Shown here one piece after another: positions 31,930-42,165 of a stretch of 64,000 nt of DNA. Location: assembly GCA_030700025.1 (NCBI GenBank), contig JAUYKI010000015.1:28623-92622 (forward strand), in the 5' to 3' direction. A program made the position numbers and the translations under genes. A model generated the notes under the pieces. The model ran no database searches, was not told where the DNA came from, and saw nothing but the letters and a program-made list of their open reading frames with translations. The DNA is from a bacterium (lineage in GTDB: Bacteria > Patescibacteriota > Minisyncoccia > UBA6257 > 02-FULL-45-10c). The number at the start of each line of letters is the position of its first letter. The stretch's first letter is position 1.

Positions 31930-33080
31930 AGATTTTTCCATATCTCTATATATCCATTAATCATCATATTGTGGGTATAAGCCATTTCTTTTTTTCGCGC
32001 TAATTCTCCCAAACGCTGGCGCAACGATTCATCAGAAATAATATCAATAAGCGTCCGCCTTAACGCGTTATAGTCATTATACGGAACCAAAAGTCCGGTT
32101 TGACCGTGAATTACAATTTCAGGATTACCGCCAACGTCCGTAGTAACTACCGGCAATCCTAAGGCCTGAGCTTCCCGTATCTGATGCGAAAGTCCTTCGT
32201 AGCCGGTATTAAGAACAAATACATCGGACGCTTTCAAATATTTTATCAATTCATTTTTAGGCAACGAACCCATTAATACCGCATTCTTTTCAATTCTGAG
32301 CTTATTAATTAAACTCTCTAAATTTGCCCGTTCCGGCCCATCGCCGATAATAAACAAATGTAAATCGGAAAATTTATTCTTTAAATCAGCCACAATTTTT
32401 ATTAACATATCAAAACCCTTCCATGGCACCAAGCGGCCGACCGAAACCAAAATAGTTCCTTGTAATCCTAAAATTCCCCTTTCCAAATCTTTGCCGCTGG
32501 TGGAAATCATCGGGGAAACCGCATTTAAGATAACGTTTATCTTTTCTGGCGCCACTCCCCAACGAACCACTATTTTTTTTAAATATTCGCTGGGAACAAT
32601 TACCAAATCCGAACCATCGGCTACCCAGCTCCGAATCCACTTCAATCCCTCCACCACCCAATGATATTTTTTCTTGGTATCCTGAAAGTCATCAATAGAA
32701 TCCTGAACTCTAAACCGCTGCGCTCCCTGTTCCCAGGCGTAATCACCGACTGCTTTTAAGATAAACTTCCGATGCAAGAATTTATTCGCTAAAAATGCTG
32801 GCAAGCCCGCGCTAACCGGATCTTGGGCAAAAATAATATCCGCTTTCCGCCCCAGCTGCCACACTTTTAAAAAATAAATAAAGTGTCGTAATCCCTTGGG
32901 AATGTGGCGGGAAACCCTGCGAATATTAGACGGGTCGCCTTTTTGAGATTCTCCATAAGAAAGCGCGATTACTTTAAAACCCCGCTTCGGCAATTCTTCC
33001 AAAAGCAATTTAGTAAAAGTTGCCGGCCCTCCGATATCCGGCGGAAAAATTCCTGTAGCGATTAAAATTGTTCTGGCCAT
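31926..33080 (-). CDS. GT4 glycosyltransferase
   Basis: PPDIGGPA, GRLVPWKG, EGLSHQIREA. Confidence 0.9.
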   Translation of the reverse strand: MARTILIATGIFPPDIGGPATFTKLLLEELPKRGFKVIALSYGESQKGDPSNIRRVSRHIPKGLRHFIYFLKVWQLGRKADIIFAQDPVSAGLPAFLANKFLHRKFILKAVGDYAWEQGAQRFRVQDSIDDFQDTKKKYHWVVEGLKWIRSWVADGSDLVIVPSEYLKKIVVRWGVAPEKINVILNAVSPMISTSGKDLERGILGLQGTILVSVGRLVPWKGFDMLIKIVADLKNKFSDLHLFIIGDGPERANLESLINKLRIEKNAVLMGSLPKNELIKYLKASDVFVLNTGYEGLSHQIREAQALGLPVVTTDVGGNPEIVIHGQTGLLVPYNDYNALRRTLIDIISDESLRQRLGELARKKEMAYTHNMMINGYIEIWKNL

Positions 33081-33081
33081 T

Positions 33082-34266
33082 TTAGAGATTAATCAGCCGA
33101 TTAAAAATATTTCTGAATAATTTCACTATTATCTCCCAGGAATAATTTTGCTTCACCATCAAGCGGGCATTATTAATTACCGGCTTAATACGGCTTGGAT
33201 TATCCAAAACGTATTTTATTTTTTCCGCTAATGCCTCCGAGTCTCCAACGGGCACAAAAAAACCGGTTTGTCCGTCTTTTAAGAAATCGATTATTCCTCC
33301 AACCGGCGTGCCAATTACCGGCAAACCGGCCGCCATGGCTTCCAAAAAAGAATTACCAAGCCCCTCTGAACGCGATGCTCGGACAAAAATATCCGCAATT
33401 TTAAAATAAATCGGCAAATCGCGCTGAGGCATTTGCCCTAAAAAAATAATCTGATGGCCGATCTTTAATTTTTCACTTTGCCATTTTAATTTTGGGTGAT
33501 CCGGTCCGCCGCCAATAATCAAACATTTTACAACCAGTCTTTTCTCTTTTAACTTCGCAATGGCGTCTATCAGAATATCAATGCCGTTCTTGTAAACCAG
33601 CCGGGAAGTCGTGATAACAATATATTCATCTTTAATGCCTAAATTTTCCCGAATAGATTTTATTTCTGAATCTTTATAGGCGGAATTGAATAATTCCCAA
33701 TCCACTCCATTAGGCACTACCTCAATGGGACAGACGGCTCCTTTTTTATTGGCAATGTCTTTAAGGTAATTACTGATAACTTGAATAAAATCCGCCTTCC
33801 AAATAATTTGCTTCCCAAAGAGTCCCACCAATCCTAATTTTCCTAAAGATAAATATTTTTCTGAATCTCCTTCTTGAATAGTTAACAGCAAAGGAACGCG
33901 CGGATGGCGCATCTTAAAGAATAATGCCGCGACGCCCCCATAAGAAGCCATAATCGCCCAGATAACTTCAAACCGTTTCTGCCGGTGCAATTCTTCCGCC
34001 TTTTGCCAGGAAGAAAAAATATAAATAATTTTATCCCAAATACGGCCATAATATTTCCCGCCGCTTCGGCCCCGTCCCAGCCGGACAATATCGGCGTTTT
34101 CCGCCGCTTCCCGCGAAAGCCATCGGCTATCAAATTTGAAGGTAAAAATCGTAAAATTCAGCCCCTTTAAGCGCTTTATAACCTCCCGGGCAGCTATTTC
34201 CGCACCCCCCTCAAAAGGGGTGTAAGCAAGCGAAAAAACTGCTATATTTGGCTCTTTAGGAAACAT
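33082..34266 (-). CDS. GT4 glycosyltransferase
   Basis: GGAE, SRLVYKNG, EGLGNSFLEAMAAG. Confidence 0.9.
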   Translation of the reverse strand: MFPKEPNIAVFSLAYTPFEGGAEIAAREVIKRLKGLNFTIFTFKFDSRWLSREAAENADIVRLGRGRSGGKYYGRIWDKIIYIFSSWQKAEELHRQKRFEVIWAIMASYGGVAALFFKMRHPRVPLLLTIQEGDSEKYLSLGKLGLVGLFGKQIIWKADFIQVISNYLKDIANKKGAVCPIEVVPNGVDWELFNSAYKDSEIKSIRENLGIKDEYIVITTSRLVYKNGIDILIDAIAKLKEKRLVVKCLIIGGGPDHPKLKWQSEKLKIGHQIIFLGQMPQRDLPIYFKIADIFVRASRSEGLGNSFLEAMAAGLPVIGTPVGGIIDFLKDGQTGFFVPVGDSEALAEKIKYVLDNPSRIKPVINNARLMVKQNYSWEIIVKLFRNIFNRLINL

Positions 34267-34300
34267 ATAGAGATAATAATGATGTTATCTTAATATAACC

Positions 34301-35428
34301 ATGAATACCAAGATAAAAGTTCTCTACGCCATAACCAAAACCGACCTGGGCGGCGCCCAGAAGTACGTTTCCGATTTAGCGGCTAATTTAGACCGCCAAC
34401 GGTTTGAGGCTAAAATAATATATGGCGGCCAAGACTTAAGATGGCTTTCCAACCGAGTCTGGCCATGGGCTTTATTTCTAAATGATTGGCTGGCGATTTT
34501 AGAATTGCGAAAATTCTACAAAAAAGAACAGCCCCAAATTGTCCACCTTAATAGTTCTAAGGCGGGAATTATCGGTTCCTTAGCGGCTATTTTAATTTCG
34601 CCGCGCCCCAAAATTATTTTTACCGCCCATGGATGGGTATTTAATCCTACCAACGCCCTGTCATTGGCCGTTCGCTGGTTTTATATCTTATTGCATAAAA
34701 TTGCGGCATTCTTCCAAGATCATATTATCTGCGTTTCAGAATACGATCATCAATTAGCGCTGCGCTATCATATCGCGCCTCCAAAAAAAATTACCACTAT
34801 TCACAATGGCATTGATTCCGGATTAAAGTTTTTGGATAAAGAAAGCGCCAAACGGGACATTATTAAAATAATTCCAAATTCTAAATTCCAGATTCTAGAT
34901 TCTAAATTGCCCTGGATTGGCTCCATCGGCCGGTTAGTCAAAGAAAAAAATTATGAAACCCTGATTGAAGCCGCCGCGATAATACCCAATGCTTGCTTTT
35001 TTATTATCGGGAGCGGATCAGAACAACGTAATTTAGAATCCCGAATTAAAAATTTAAAACTAGAAAAGCGGTTTTTCTTGCTTAACCCATCGGGCAATGA
35101 TGCCCAATATTTAAAAGCTTTCGATATTTTTGCCATGTCCTCCATCAAAGAGGGGTTGCCCTATATCCTCATGGAAGCGATGCTGGCAGAACGCCCCATA
35201 ATTATTACGGAGGCGGGCGGCATGCCGGAGATGATCAAAAACCACGAAAATGGATTAATGGTGGCCCAAAAAAATCCTAAAATGCTCGCTCAAGCAATAA
35301 GCGGATTATTAGAAAATCCGGCCATCGCCCAATCTTTAAGCCAAACGGGCAAAAAAGTGGTTCGGGATAAATTTAGTTTGCAAAAAATGATTTTCGAAAC
35401 AAAACAGGTATATCAAAACCTGCTATAA
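34301..35428 (+). CDS. GT4 glycosyltransferase
   Basis: GGAQKY, HLNSSKAG, FTAHGW, EGLPYILMEAM. Confidence 0.9.
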   Translation: MNTKIKVLYAITKTDLGGAQKYVSDLAANLDRQRFEAKIIYGGQDLRWLSNRVWPWALFLNDWLAILELRKFYKKEQPQIVHLNSSKAGIIGSLAAILISPRPKIIFTAHGWVFNPTNALSLAVRWFYILLHKIAAFFQDHIICVSEYDHQLALRYHIAPPKKITTIHNGIDSGLKFLDKESAKRDIIKIIPNSKFQILDSKLPWIGSIGRLVKEKNYETLIEAAAIIPNACFFIIGSGSEQRNLESRIKNLKLEKRFFLLNPSGNDAQYLKAFDIFAMSSIKEGLPYILMEAMLAERPIIITEAGGMPEMIKNHENGLMVAQKNPKMLAQAISGLLENPAIAQSLSQTGKKVVRDKFSLQKMIFETKQVYQNLL

Positions 35429-35441
35429 AGTCGGGGCCTGG

Positions 35442-36221
35442 TTATGACTTAAGTGCCGCCAGCTCCTCTCGCAATTCCTGGTTGTCGGGAGTTAATGCTA
35501 GCGCTTCGTCAAAATATTTAATAGCGTCTGCCTTCCGCCCAAGCCGGATATAATACTTACCCAACTCGATTTTCAATACCGCTACTTCGGAATTTTCCCG
35601 GATTCCCTCAAGAAGAATGTTCTCTGTCCGAACTATATCCTTTAATGAAAATTCATATAAAATCGCTAATTGTTGATAGGCCGAAACATTTTGCGGATTT
35701 TTTTGGATAGACTGCAAAAAACTCCGTTCCCCCTTGGCATAATCTTTTAAATAAAATGCGTATAAGTCGCCCAAGTTTTGATCAAAAATATAATCTTTGG
35801 GCCTTAAAATACTGCCAAAAGTCCAAGCCTCAATCGCGCCGTCATAATCGCCGATTAATCGGCGGTAAGCGCCCAAGTCATACCATTGATATACCTCGTC
35901 ATAATAATTTTTAATGGATTCATTTAACTCTTGAATTTTAGCCACGGCTTGCTGCCGGGAACTTTCCGGCAAAGACGCCGTCACTACTATCGGCCTGGCA
36001 ATGATTTTTAATACCCAGCCTTGAATGTCCTCAAGAATATCCGCCTTGGCAGGTTCGGTAACGCCGGTCGTCTGGTTGCCGCCCACCGCAAGGGATTTAT
36101 CTAAAGATTGCGGATTCTCTAAGTTGAGGTCAGCCGCGATATCCTTTCGTCCCGATTGGACATACCACCAAAAGATTCCCGCCAAAACTGCCGCCAAAAA
36201 TAAAATTAAAATTCTTTTCAT
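35442..36221 (-). CDS. membrane-anchored TPR protein
   Basis: N-terminal TM; repeats LG......GDYDGAI and LG.YY...G....AI..F..AL...P. Confidence 0.75.
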   Translation of the reverse strand: MKRILILFLAAVLAGIFWWYVQSGRKDIAADLNLENPQSLDKSLAVGGNQTTGVTEPAKADILEDIQGWVLKIIARPIVVTASLPESSRQQAVAKIQELNESIKNYYDEVYQWYDLGAYRRLIGDYDGAIEAWTFGSILRPKDYIFDQNLGDLYAFYLKDYAKGERSFLQSIQKNPQNVSAYQQLAILYEFSLKDIVRTENILLEGIRENSEVAVLKIELGKYYIRLGRKADAIKYFDEALALTPDNQELREELAALKS

Positions 36222-36240
36222 GATATATAAAATATACGCT

Positions 36241-37935
36241 CTATATTATATCCGAGATAAGAAATTTGTAAACTCGGAACATGGTCCGGCTATCGCTTCC
36301 CTCAATAATCTTCGCGGGCTGAAGGCCCCGGCTCTGTAAATAACGTTCAAATTCTTCCCCTGCCTTTTTATCCGCCTTAAACGAATTCAACAGCGTTTGA
36401 TCCGTGCTCTGGACAAAATAAATCCGAAAACCGTCGAAATATTCCAAACCGCGCTCATTAACTACCTTAGTAAAATTCTCCACAAATAACGCCGGCATAT
36501 TGTGGTAAAAAAACCGCCGATAAAAAACCCATTCCAGCGTAGGCAGGGCCACATTGTCGTTATAAACAATCAGCCAAAATTGCCGGTCGCTAATTTTAGA
36601 TTTCCTGGAAGCAAATTCGTGAATAACTTTATTTAAATGCGAGTTGTCGGATTCCGGAATAACCGCCGATCTTTTGCCCGCAAATTCTTCCTCAAAATAA
36701 TGGTCTAATTTGGCCATGCCGTAATCCGGCATGGAAATAAAATTAACATTAACGGCGTGAATCATTTCCCAGATAAAAAATACGGCGATGGCTATTTTAA
36801 AAATCGGAAGCCCCGCGCCATCCTTTCGCCATTCCCATAAATGAGCCGCCCAAAAACCCACTAGAATCGCGAAAGCAGGGCCGTAAAGGGCCAAGAAACG
36901 ATGAGCGGAGCCGATCTTAACTAGAAGCAAGGTGAGAAAAATAAGATATAACCAGAAAAATAATATGCCTGGCAGACGTTTTTGCTTAAAAACGAAAATG
37001 GACCGGATTAATCCCCCCAGCGCGACAATTACCGCCAAAATTCCATAATAGCCCACCGGCCACGCCAAACCAGTCCCCCTGTCTAATTGTTGAAAGGTCA
37101 AGTTCCTCCACAAGTCTGAAAATGGCGACTGAACTTTACCCGCTAACCCGGTCCATTCCGGCGTTTCCTGGCCAAAAAGATAAGCCAATTGCAAATCGAA
37201 ATGGCCTACCGCTTGATAAAGATAAAAATTATAAACTATGACCGGAGAGAAAAGCAGTAAGGCGAATCCTAAAGCGGCATAAAGGCGCCAATTCCTAAAT
37301 AACAATCGGGCAGGCGGATTTAAAATTAAATAAAAGAAATAAACCGGCAACAGAAAAATTCCTGTGTATTTAGTAAGAGCCACCAACCCCAAAGTTAATC
37401 CGAAAAGCCACCACCGGCGCCGATTCTCCACAAATTGAAAAAAACAATAAATATTTAAAATGATAAAGAACAGCAGAAGCGGCTCCAGCATGCTGGTTCG
37501 GAAAACCCAGACCAAGGCTCCGTTAACCGCAAAAAATAAAGCCGAGAATAACGCCGCCGTTTCGTTGGCAAATAACTTTTTAACCAGCAAATAAACTAAA
37601 TAAACCGAAATTACGCCCAAAACGATGGCTGGCAAGCGGGCAATCCAAATAGAATCGCCAAAAAGCCGGAAAAAGAAATTCATAATCAAAATTCCTAATG
37701 GCGGCAAATCGTGAAAGGAAAGACCGCCCCACCACGGCAGGGCTTGATTCTTATACCAGTCAACCAGCTGAGTTTGGAAACTGGTTCCCAAAAAATCCAA
37801 ATAGCCGATGGCTCGGAAAGCGTCCGGCGCTTCATCCCCAAATAAATCTTGATTGCCCGCGCCCCAAATGCGCAGTGCCAAAGCTAAGATTAATATCCCC
37901 CAAAGCAGGTTTTGATAAGTTAAATATTTTTTCAT
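36241..37935 (-). CDS. ArnT/PMT-family (GT-C) glycosyltransferase
   Basis: RIWG......DE, SFHDLPPL, ARLP, TKY. Confidence 0.8.
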   Translation of the reverse strand: MKKYLTYQNLLWGILILALALRIWGAGNQDLFGDEAPDAFRAIGYLDFLGTSFQTQLVDWYKNQALPWWGGLSFHDLPPLGILIMNFFFRLFGDSIWIARLPAIVLGVISVYLVYLLVKKLFANETAALFSALFFAVNGALVWVFRTSMLEPLLLFFIILNIYCFFQFVENRRRWWLFGLTLGLVALTKYTGIFLLPVYFFYLILNPPARLLFRNWRLYAALGFALLLFSPVIVYNFYLYQAVGHFDLQLAYLFGQETPEWTGLAGKVQSPFSDLWRNLTFQQLDRGTGLAWPVGYYGILAVIVALGGLIRSIFVFKQKRLPGILFFWLYLIFLTLLLVKIGSAHRFLALYGPAFAILVGFWAAHLWEWRKDGAGLPIFKIAIAVFFIWEMIHAVNVNFISMPDYGMAKLDHYFEEEFAGKRSAVIPESDNSHLNKVIHEFASRKSKISDRQFWLIVYNDNVALPTLEWVFYRRFFYHNMPALFVENFTKVVNERGLEYFDGFRIYFVQSTDQTLLNSFKADKKAGEEFERYLQSRGLQPAKIIEGSDSRTMFRVYKFLISDII

Positions 37936-37942
37936 ACAAACC

Positions 37943-39346
37943 CTAACGCGCTTCAAACATAGTTAGTATTTCTCCAGTATATACTATCCGGGATTTTTCT
38001 TGAATCTTAGAGTCCAGATCATATACTCGAAGAATGCTATTAGGAATTATTAAAAAGAATGGCGCCTCATTCAAGTCCCCCCGGAAAGGGGTTAAATTAA
38101 AATTCTTTTTTCGGCCGTAATAATATATAGTTTCGTAGTTATAAAAATTAGAACTGTAGACTTTTTCGGAAAAATTCTGGGCAGCAAGATATTGCCCGAT
38201 GTCTTTTTCTTCCTTCGCTAGAGCATATTCACTGCCCTGTCCGCCGCCAATTTCCCAAATCTGCCAATTAACGCTAACGAAACCAATTATTAATAACGCG
38301 CAAACGCCTGCCAATAAGCGTTTTTGAGAAGCGCGTTCAGCCGTTTCAAAAAAATTTACTAGCGCACAACTGACAAAAATGGCCAAAAAGGGATAAATTG
38401 GCTCCAAATAATAAAATAGCTTAAAGCTAGCCGCTTCAAAAAATACAAAAATAAATAAAACGCTTCCCAGCGAAGCGATGGCTAACGGATCTTTTTTGCG
38501 CCAAAAATTAAATTTCCCGATTATTCCCAATAAAATCAGCGCGAAAACAGTAATCCATGGCTGGGCGAGCTGAAAAAGAAATTTGGGATAATACAACCAA
38601 GACACCGGATCCTTTGTAAAACGGCTAGTAATACTGTGAGTAAAAAATTTCTGTAAGAAACCAGTGCCAAACTGCGCAGTCTCATACCAAAACCAGGGGG
38701 CAATCAAAAGAAGAGCCAAAACCTCTCCGACCCAAAAATAACCGCTTTTTAACCAGTCCCATCGAAAATAAACCGCGCTAAATATTAAAATAACCGGAAA
38801 AATCAGCAATCCGATCACGCTTTTAAAAAGCGCCCCGGCCGCCAAACAAATTCCAAAACCCAAATACCATTTCTGCTTATCCCACCCCCTAATAAAAAAA
38901 TACAGGGCGAAAATAATCGCCGCAGCCACCGGAACATCCATGCGCACCTGCCGGGCGGCAAAAATAAAGTCACCAATAGTAAGAAGAATGGCGCTGGCCA
39001 ATAAGGCCTTCCATTTATTTTTAGTTAATTGCCACGCCACTAGTCCGGCTCCCCAAACTGCCGCTAACCCCAGCAATGCCGCCGGCAATCGCATAGCAAA
39101 TTCATTTTCTCCAAAAATCCACACGCTTCCCGCCATCAGCCAATAGAGAAGAGGCGGTTTATCTATTTCTAGCTGGCCGTGCCGCGTAAAAGATAAAAAA
39201 TCCCCCGACTGAAAACTTTCAGAAAATACCAACGCGTAAGTCGCCTCATCATAATCTAGAAACGGAAAAGCGCCCAACCGAAATAAAAATAAAAAAAGCG
39301 CCGAGCAAAATAAAGCGCCAAATAACCAATTTTTAGAAACGCTCAT
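37943..39346 (-). CDS. ArnT-like (GT83) glycosyltransferase
   Basis: DYDEATY, DKPPLLYW, FGENEFAMRLP, RMD. Confidence 0.85.
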   Translation of the reverse strand: MSVSKNWLFGALFCSALFLFLFRLGAFPFLDYDEATYALVFSESFQSGDFLSFTRHGQLEIDKPPLLYWLMAGSVWIFGENEFAMRLPAALLGLAAVWGAGLVAWQLTKNKWKALLASAILLTIGDFIFAARQVRMDVPVAAAIIFALYFFIRGWDKQKWYLGFGICLAAGALFKSVIGLLIFPVILIFSAVYFRWDWLKSGYFWVGEVLALLLIAPWFWYETAQFGTGFLQKFFTHSITSRFTKDPVSWLYYPKFLFQLAQPWITVFALILLGIIGKFNFWRKKDPLAIASLGSVLFIFVFFEAASFKLFYYLEPIYPFLAIFVSCALVNFFETAERASQKRLLAGVCALLIIGFVSVNWQIWEIGGGQGSEYALAKEEKDIGQYLAAQNFSEKVYSSNFYNYETIYYYGRKKNFNLTPFRGDLNEAPFFLIIPNSILRVYDLDSKIQEKSRIVYTGEILTMFEAR

Positions 39347-39362
39347 AAGCGCCAATAATCAA

Positions 39363-40289
39363 TTAAAAGGCGGAGATCTTAGGCCCCTGAATCGGAAAAA
39401 CATTGGTTGCGGAAATATCCGCCACCCTGTTCAAATCGTTAAAATCAAAAGCGGAAATATCGGAAGCTAATTCAAGTTCTAAACGAATATACGGTTTTTC
39501 CGCCCCATAGCTTGGGGTAAGAAGAATCGCCGAAATATAGTAAGTATTTCCGGAAACCGCTAATCCCTTGTCTGTTTTGGCAGAATCTTCAGTCATTTTG
39601 AATTCAATATATTTATCAACCGGAGACTCAACCGTAGCCAAAACTTCGCTGGTCGCTGAATTAATCAGCTTAAAACCAACTGTGTAATTATCGGTAAAGG
39701 TGCCCGAATTTTTGAAACGCATTTTAGTAATGCCGATTTTTTCGTCCGCAATAAGCCGGAATTCCGCCAAGGTCTTTAGGCCATAACTGCTTAAAGTGGA
39801 CGGGGAAAGCGTGGGCTCAATTTTCAAAGTACTAACAAAAGGACTCGGCAACGAAGGAGCGGGCGCAACCACGGGCAAGGGCGCCGGCGCGGCTTCCTGT
39901 TCCGCTGCTTGTAATTGGGCCAGCTGATCCTGTAATTCTTTTACGGTTTGAAGTAAAACGGCTATTTGTTGTTCTAGCGTTAACGCCGGCGCTGCCCCAA
40001 TTTGATTCGCCACCGCTCTGGTTTTTGGGCCAAAATAACCGAGGGCGGGAGCAATGTTATTCTTTTCCTGAAATTGTTTAACTGCCCCCTGCGTTAAAGA
40101 GAAAAAGTTTCCCGTAACCGGACCGGAATAAATTTTCTGATCGGTTAAAAACTGCTGGAGCAACGTAACACCCGGATCATTTTGCAGGCCATAATATAAA
40201 TCGCGGTCAAATTGAGCCGCCCGGGAAAGCGCCGGAAACCCGCCAAGAAAAATTAAGCCCGCGACTAAAACAATAAAGAATTTATTCAT
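39363..40289 (-). CDS. secreted protein with a peptidoglycan-binding-like domain
   Basis: Signal peptide; V..LQQFL...TGNF...T..AVKQFQ...GYFGPKTR; coiled coil; Pro/Ala linker. Confidence 0.75.
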   Translation of the reverse strand: MNKFFIVLVAGLIFLGGFPALSRAAQFDRDLYYGLQNDPGVTLLQQFLTDQKIYSGPVTGNFFSLTQGAVKQFQEKNNIAPALGYFGPKTRAVANQIGAAPALTLEQQIAVLLQTVKELQDQLAQLQAAEQEAAPAPLPVVAPAPSLPSPFVSTLKIEPTLSPSTLSSYGLKTLAEFRLIADEKIGITKMRFKNSGTFTDNYTVGFKLINSATSEVLATVESPVDKYIEFKMTEDSAKTDKGLAVSGNTYYISAILLTPSYGAEKPYIRLELELASDISAFDFNDLNRVADISATNVFPIQGPKISAF

Positions 40290-40296
40290 ATGTTTA

Positions 40297-41997
40297 TTAT
40301 AGCTTAAATTTATAAACTTTGAACATTAAGAGATTATTATGGCCATAAATAACGTGGGCGGGGCTCAAATTAAGCTCTTGAGTTAGATAAACTTCTAATT
40401 CTTGCGCTGAAGTATTTTGAAAAAGGGGATTTAAAATAGTATCTGGTTCCGCCTTAACAAAATAAATTTCATAACCGCTGAAGGCGTTCGGGCCTTCTTT
40501 TTGCAAGAAGTTTCTGAATTGATCCACGTTAAAATTAGGAACTCCCTGGTAATAATTGCGCCGGGTAAAAAGCCACAGCCTAGGCGAAAGTCCGATGTTG
40601 CTGTCATAGGCCACCAGCATGGATTTATCCGCCGGCGGAATTTTTATCGCCCAAGATTTAATAATCTTATTAAGATGGGGGTTCGGGGAAGCGGGTATGG
40701 ACAAAGACCGCTTATTGCCCAGTTGGGCGCTTAAATAATTATCCAGCTTAACGATGCCGAAGTCCGGAAAATTATAAAAAAGATCTGAGGCAAAAAATAA
40801 TTCATAGGCGGCAAAAATAGCAATCAAAATAAGCAATAAACTTTTTTTATTGAACCGCGAAAGCAAATAATCAATTGCTAAAACTATCAGCATTACCGCC
40901 GGCGCCGAATACAAAACAATAAAGCGAAAACCCGACCCGGCTGCTACCAGCATTAAAGTTATAAAAATGATATTCAGCCACCAGAATAAATAAAGCTGGC
41001 TTTTGCCCCGGCCTTCTTCGGAACCTTCTGATTTTTTAATCCCAAAAACCTTATAAAAACCATAGGCGATTCCCGCCAGTGAAAATAAGATAAATGGAAT
41101 AGAAAAAACTAATTTTAAATTAGTTAAAATTTCGGAAAACGGGTCCTGAATTTTACCCAGGGATACCCGCCACTCCGGAGTCTCTTGTTGAAACAAATAA
41201 GAAAATTGCAGGTCAAAGTGGCCTAAATTAGCTAAAAGATAAAAATTATAAATTAAAACCGGGCTAAATAAGACAGCTGCCAATCCCAACGCGCAATAAA
41301 ATGACTTCCACTTAAAAACTTCTCTGCGAAAAATTAAAAGATAAATTGCGTAAACTGGCAGCAAAAAAGCGCTGGTGTATTTAGTTAAAAAGCTAAGCCC
41401 CAAAGTGAGCCCGAATAATTTCCATTTTTGCCGATTTTCCAAAAACCGGAAAAACGCGTAAATGTTCCAAAGGATGAAAAATATCTGAACTGATTCCATC
41501 AAGCTGGCGCGGGAAATCCAAAGATGAAGCAGGTTCACGGCTAAAAGCAATGGCGGCAAAAAAACCAGCCAGGTATTTTTTTCCTGCCTGCCGACAGGTA
41601 TGGCGCCCTTGGTAAAAAAAGTTTTCTTGGAAATTAAATAGAGCAGATAAACCGAAAGCGTGCCGGCAATAGCCGAAGGCAAGCGGGCGGCAAACAGCGA
41701 AATTCCGAAAATTTTAAAAAATGCGTTTTGAATTAAAAAGAAGAGTGGCGGGTGGTCGTGAAAAGAAAGCGATGTCCACCAGGGTAAAGATGGGGCGTCT
41801 TTGAACCACTGAACCGGTGTAGTCTGGTCGTCGTTCTGAATATAATCCAAATAATCAATGGAGCGAAAGGCTTTGAATCCTTCATCGTGAAAAAACTCCG
41901 CGCTTCCGAGTCCCCACAAGCGCAAAACCGCGGCCAATATCACAATAGCCGCTAAAATCTGCTTTTCCGTTATTTTATGAGAAAAAACTGTAAGCAT
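40297..41997 (-). CDS. ArnT/PMT-family (GT-C) glycosyltransferase, paralog of 36241-37935
   Basis: RLWGL......DE, LSFHDHPPL, ARLP, TKY; shares GHFDLQ..YLF.QETPEW with the 36-kb gene. Confidence 0.8.
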   Translation of the reverse strand: MLTVFSHKITEKQILAAIVILAAVLRLWGLGSAEFFHDEGFKAFRSIDYLDYIQNDDQTTPVQWFKDAPSLPWWTSLSFHDHPPLFFLIQNAFFKIFGISLFAARLPSAIAGTLSVYLLYLISKKTFFTKGAIPVGRQEKNTWLVFLPPLLLAVNLLHLWISRASLMESVQIFFILWNIYAFFRFLENRQKWKLFGLTLGLSFLTKYTSAFLLPVYAIYLLIFRREVFKWKSFYCALGLAAVLFSPVLIYNFYLLANLGHFDLQFSYLFQQETPEWRVSLGKIQDPFSEILTNLKLVFSIPFILFSLAGIAYGFYKVFGIKKSEGSEEGRGKSQLYLFWWLNIIFITLMLVAAGSGFRFIVLYSAPAVMLIVLAIDYLLSRFNKKSLLLILIAIFAAYELFFASDLFYNFPDFGIVKLDNYLSAQLGNKRSLSIPASPNPHLNKIIKSWAIKIPPADKSMLVAYDSNIGLSPRLWLFTRRNYYQGVPNFNVDQFRNFLQKEGPNAFSGYEIYFVKAEPDTILNPLFQNTSAQELEVYLTQELNLSPAHVIYGHNNLLMFKVYKFKL

Positions 41998-42103
41998 AAT
42001 TTATATTTTATCACAGATTTTCGTATATTCGTAATTTTTTCGTATTTCGTAGCTATTTAAATATTCGAATGGGCGCATTTGTAACGCGCTTTCGCATGCA
42101 ACC

Positions 42104-42126
42104 AAAAGCCCCGCAAAGCGGGGCTT
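42104..42126 (-). terminator. intrinsic terminator of the large surface-protein gene
   Basis: aagccccgc-aaa-gcggggctt with a short U run on the minus strand. Confidence 0.75.
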
Positions 42127-42165
42127 ATTGGCCTCATCCCTAAATTATCTCAAGTAATTTAGAAA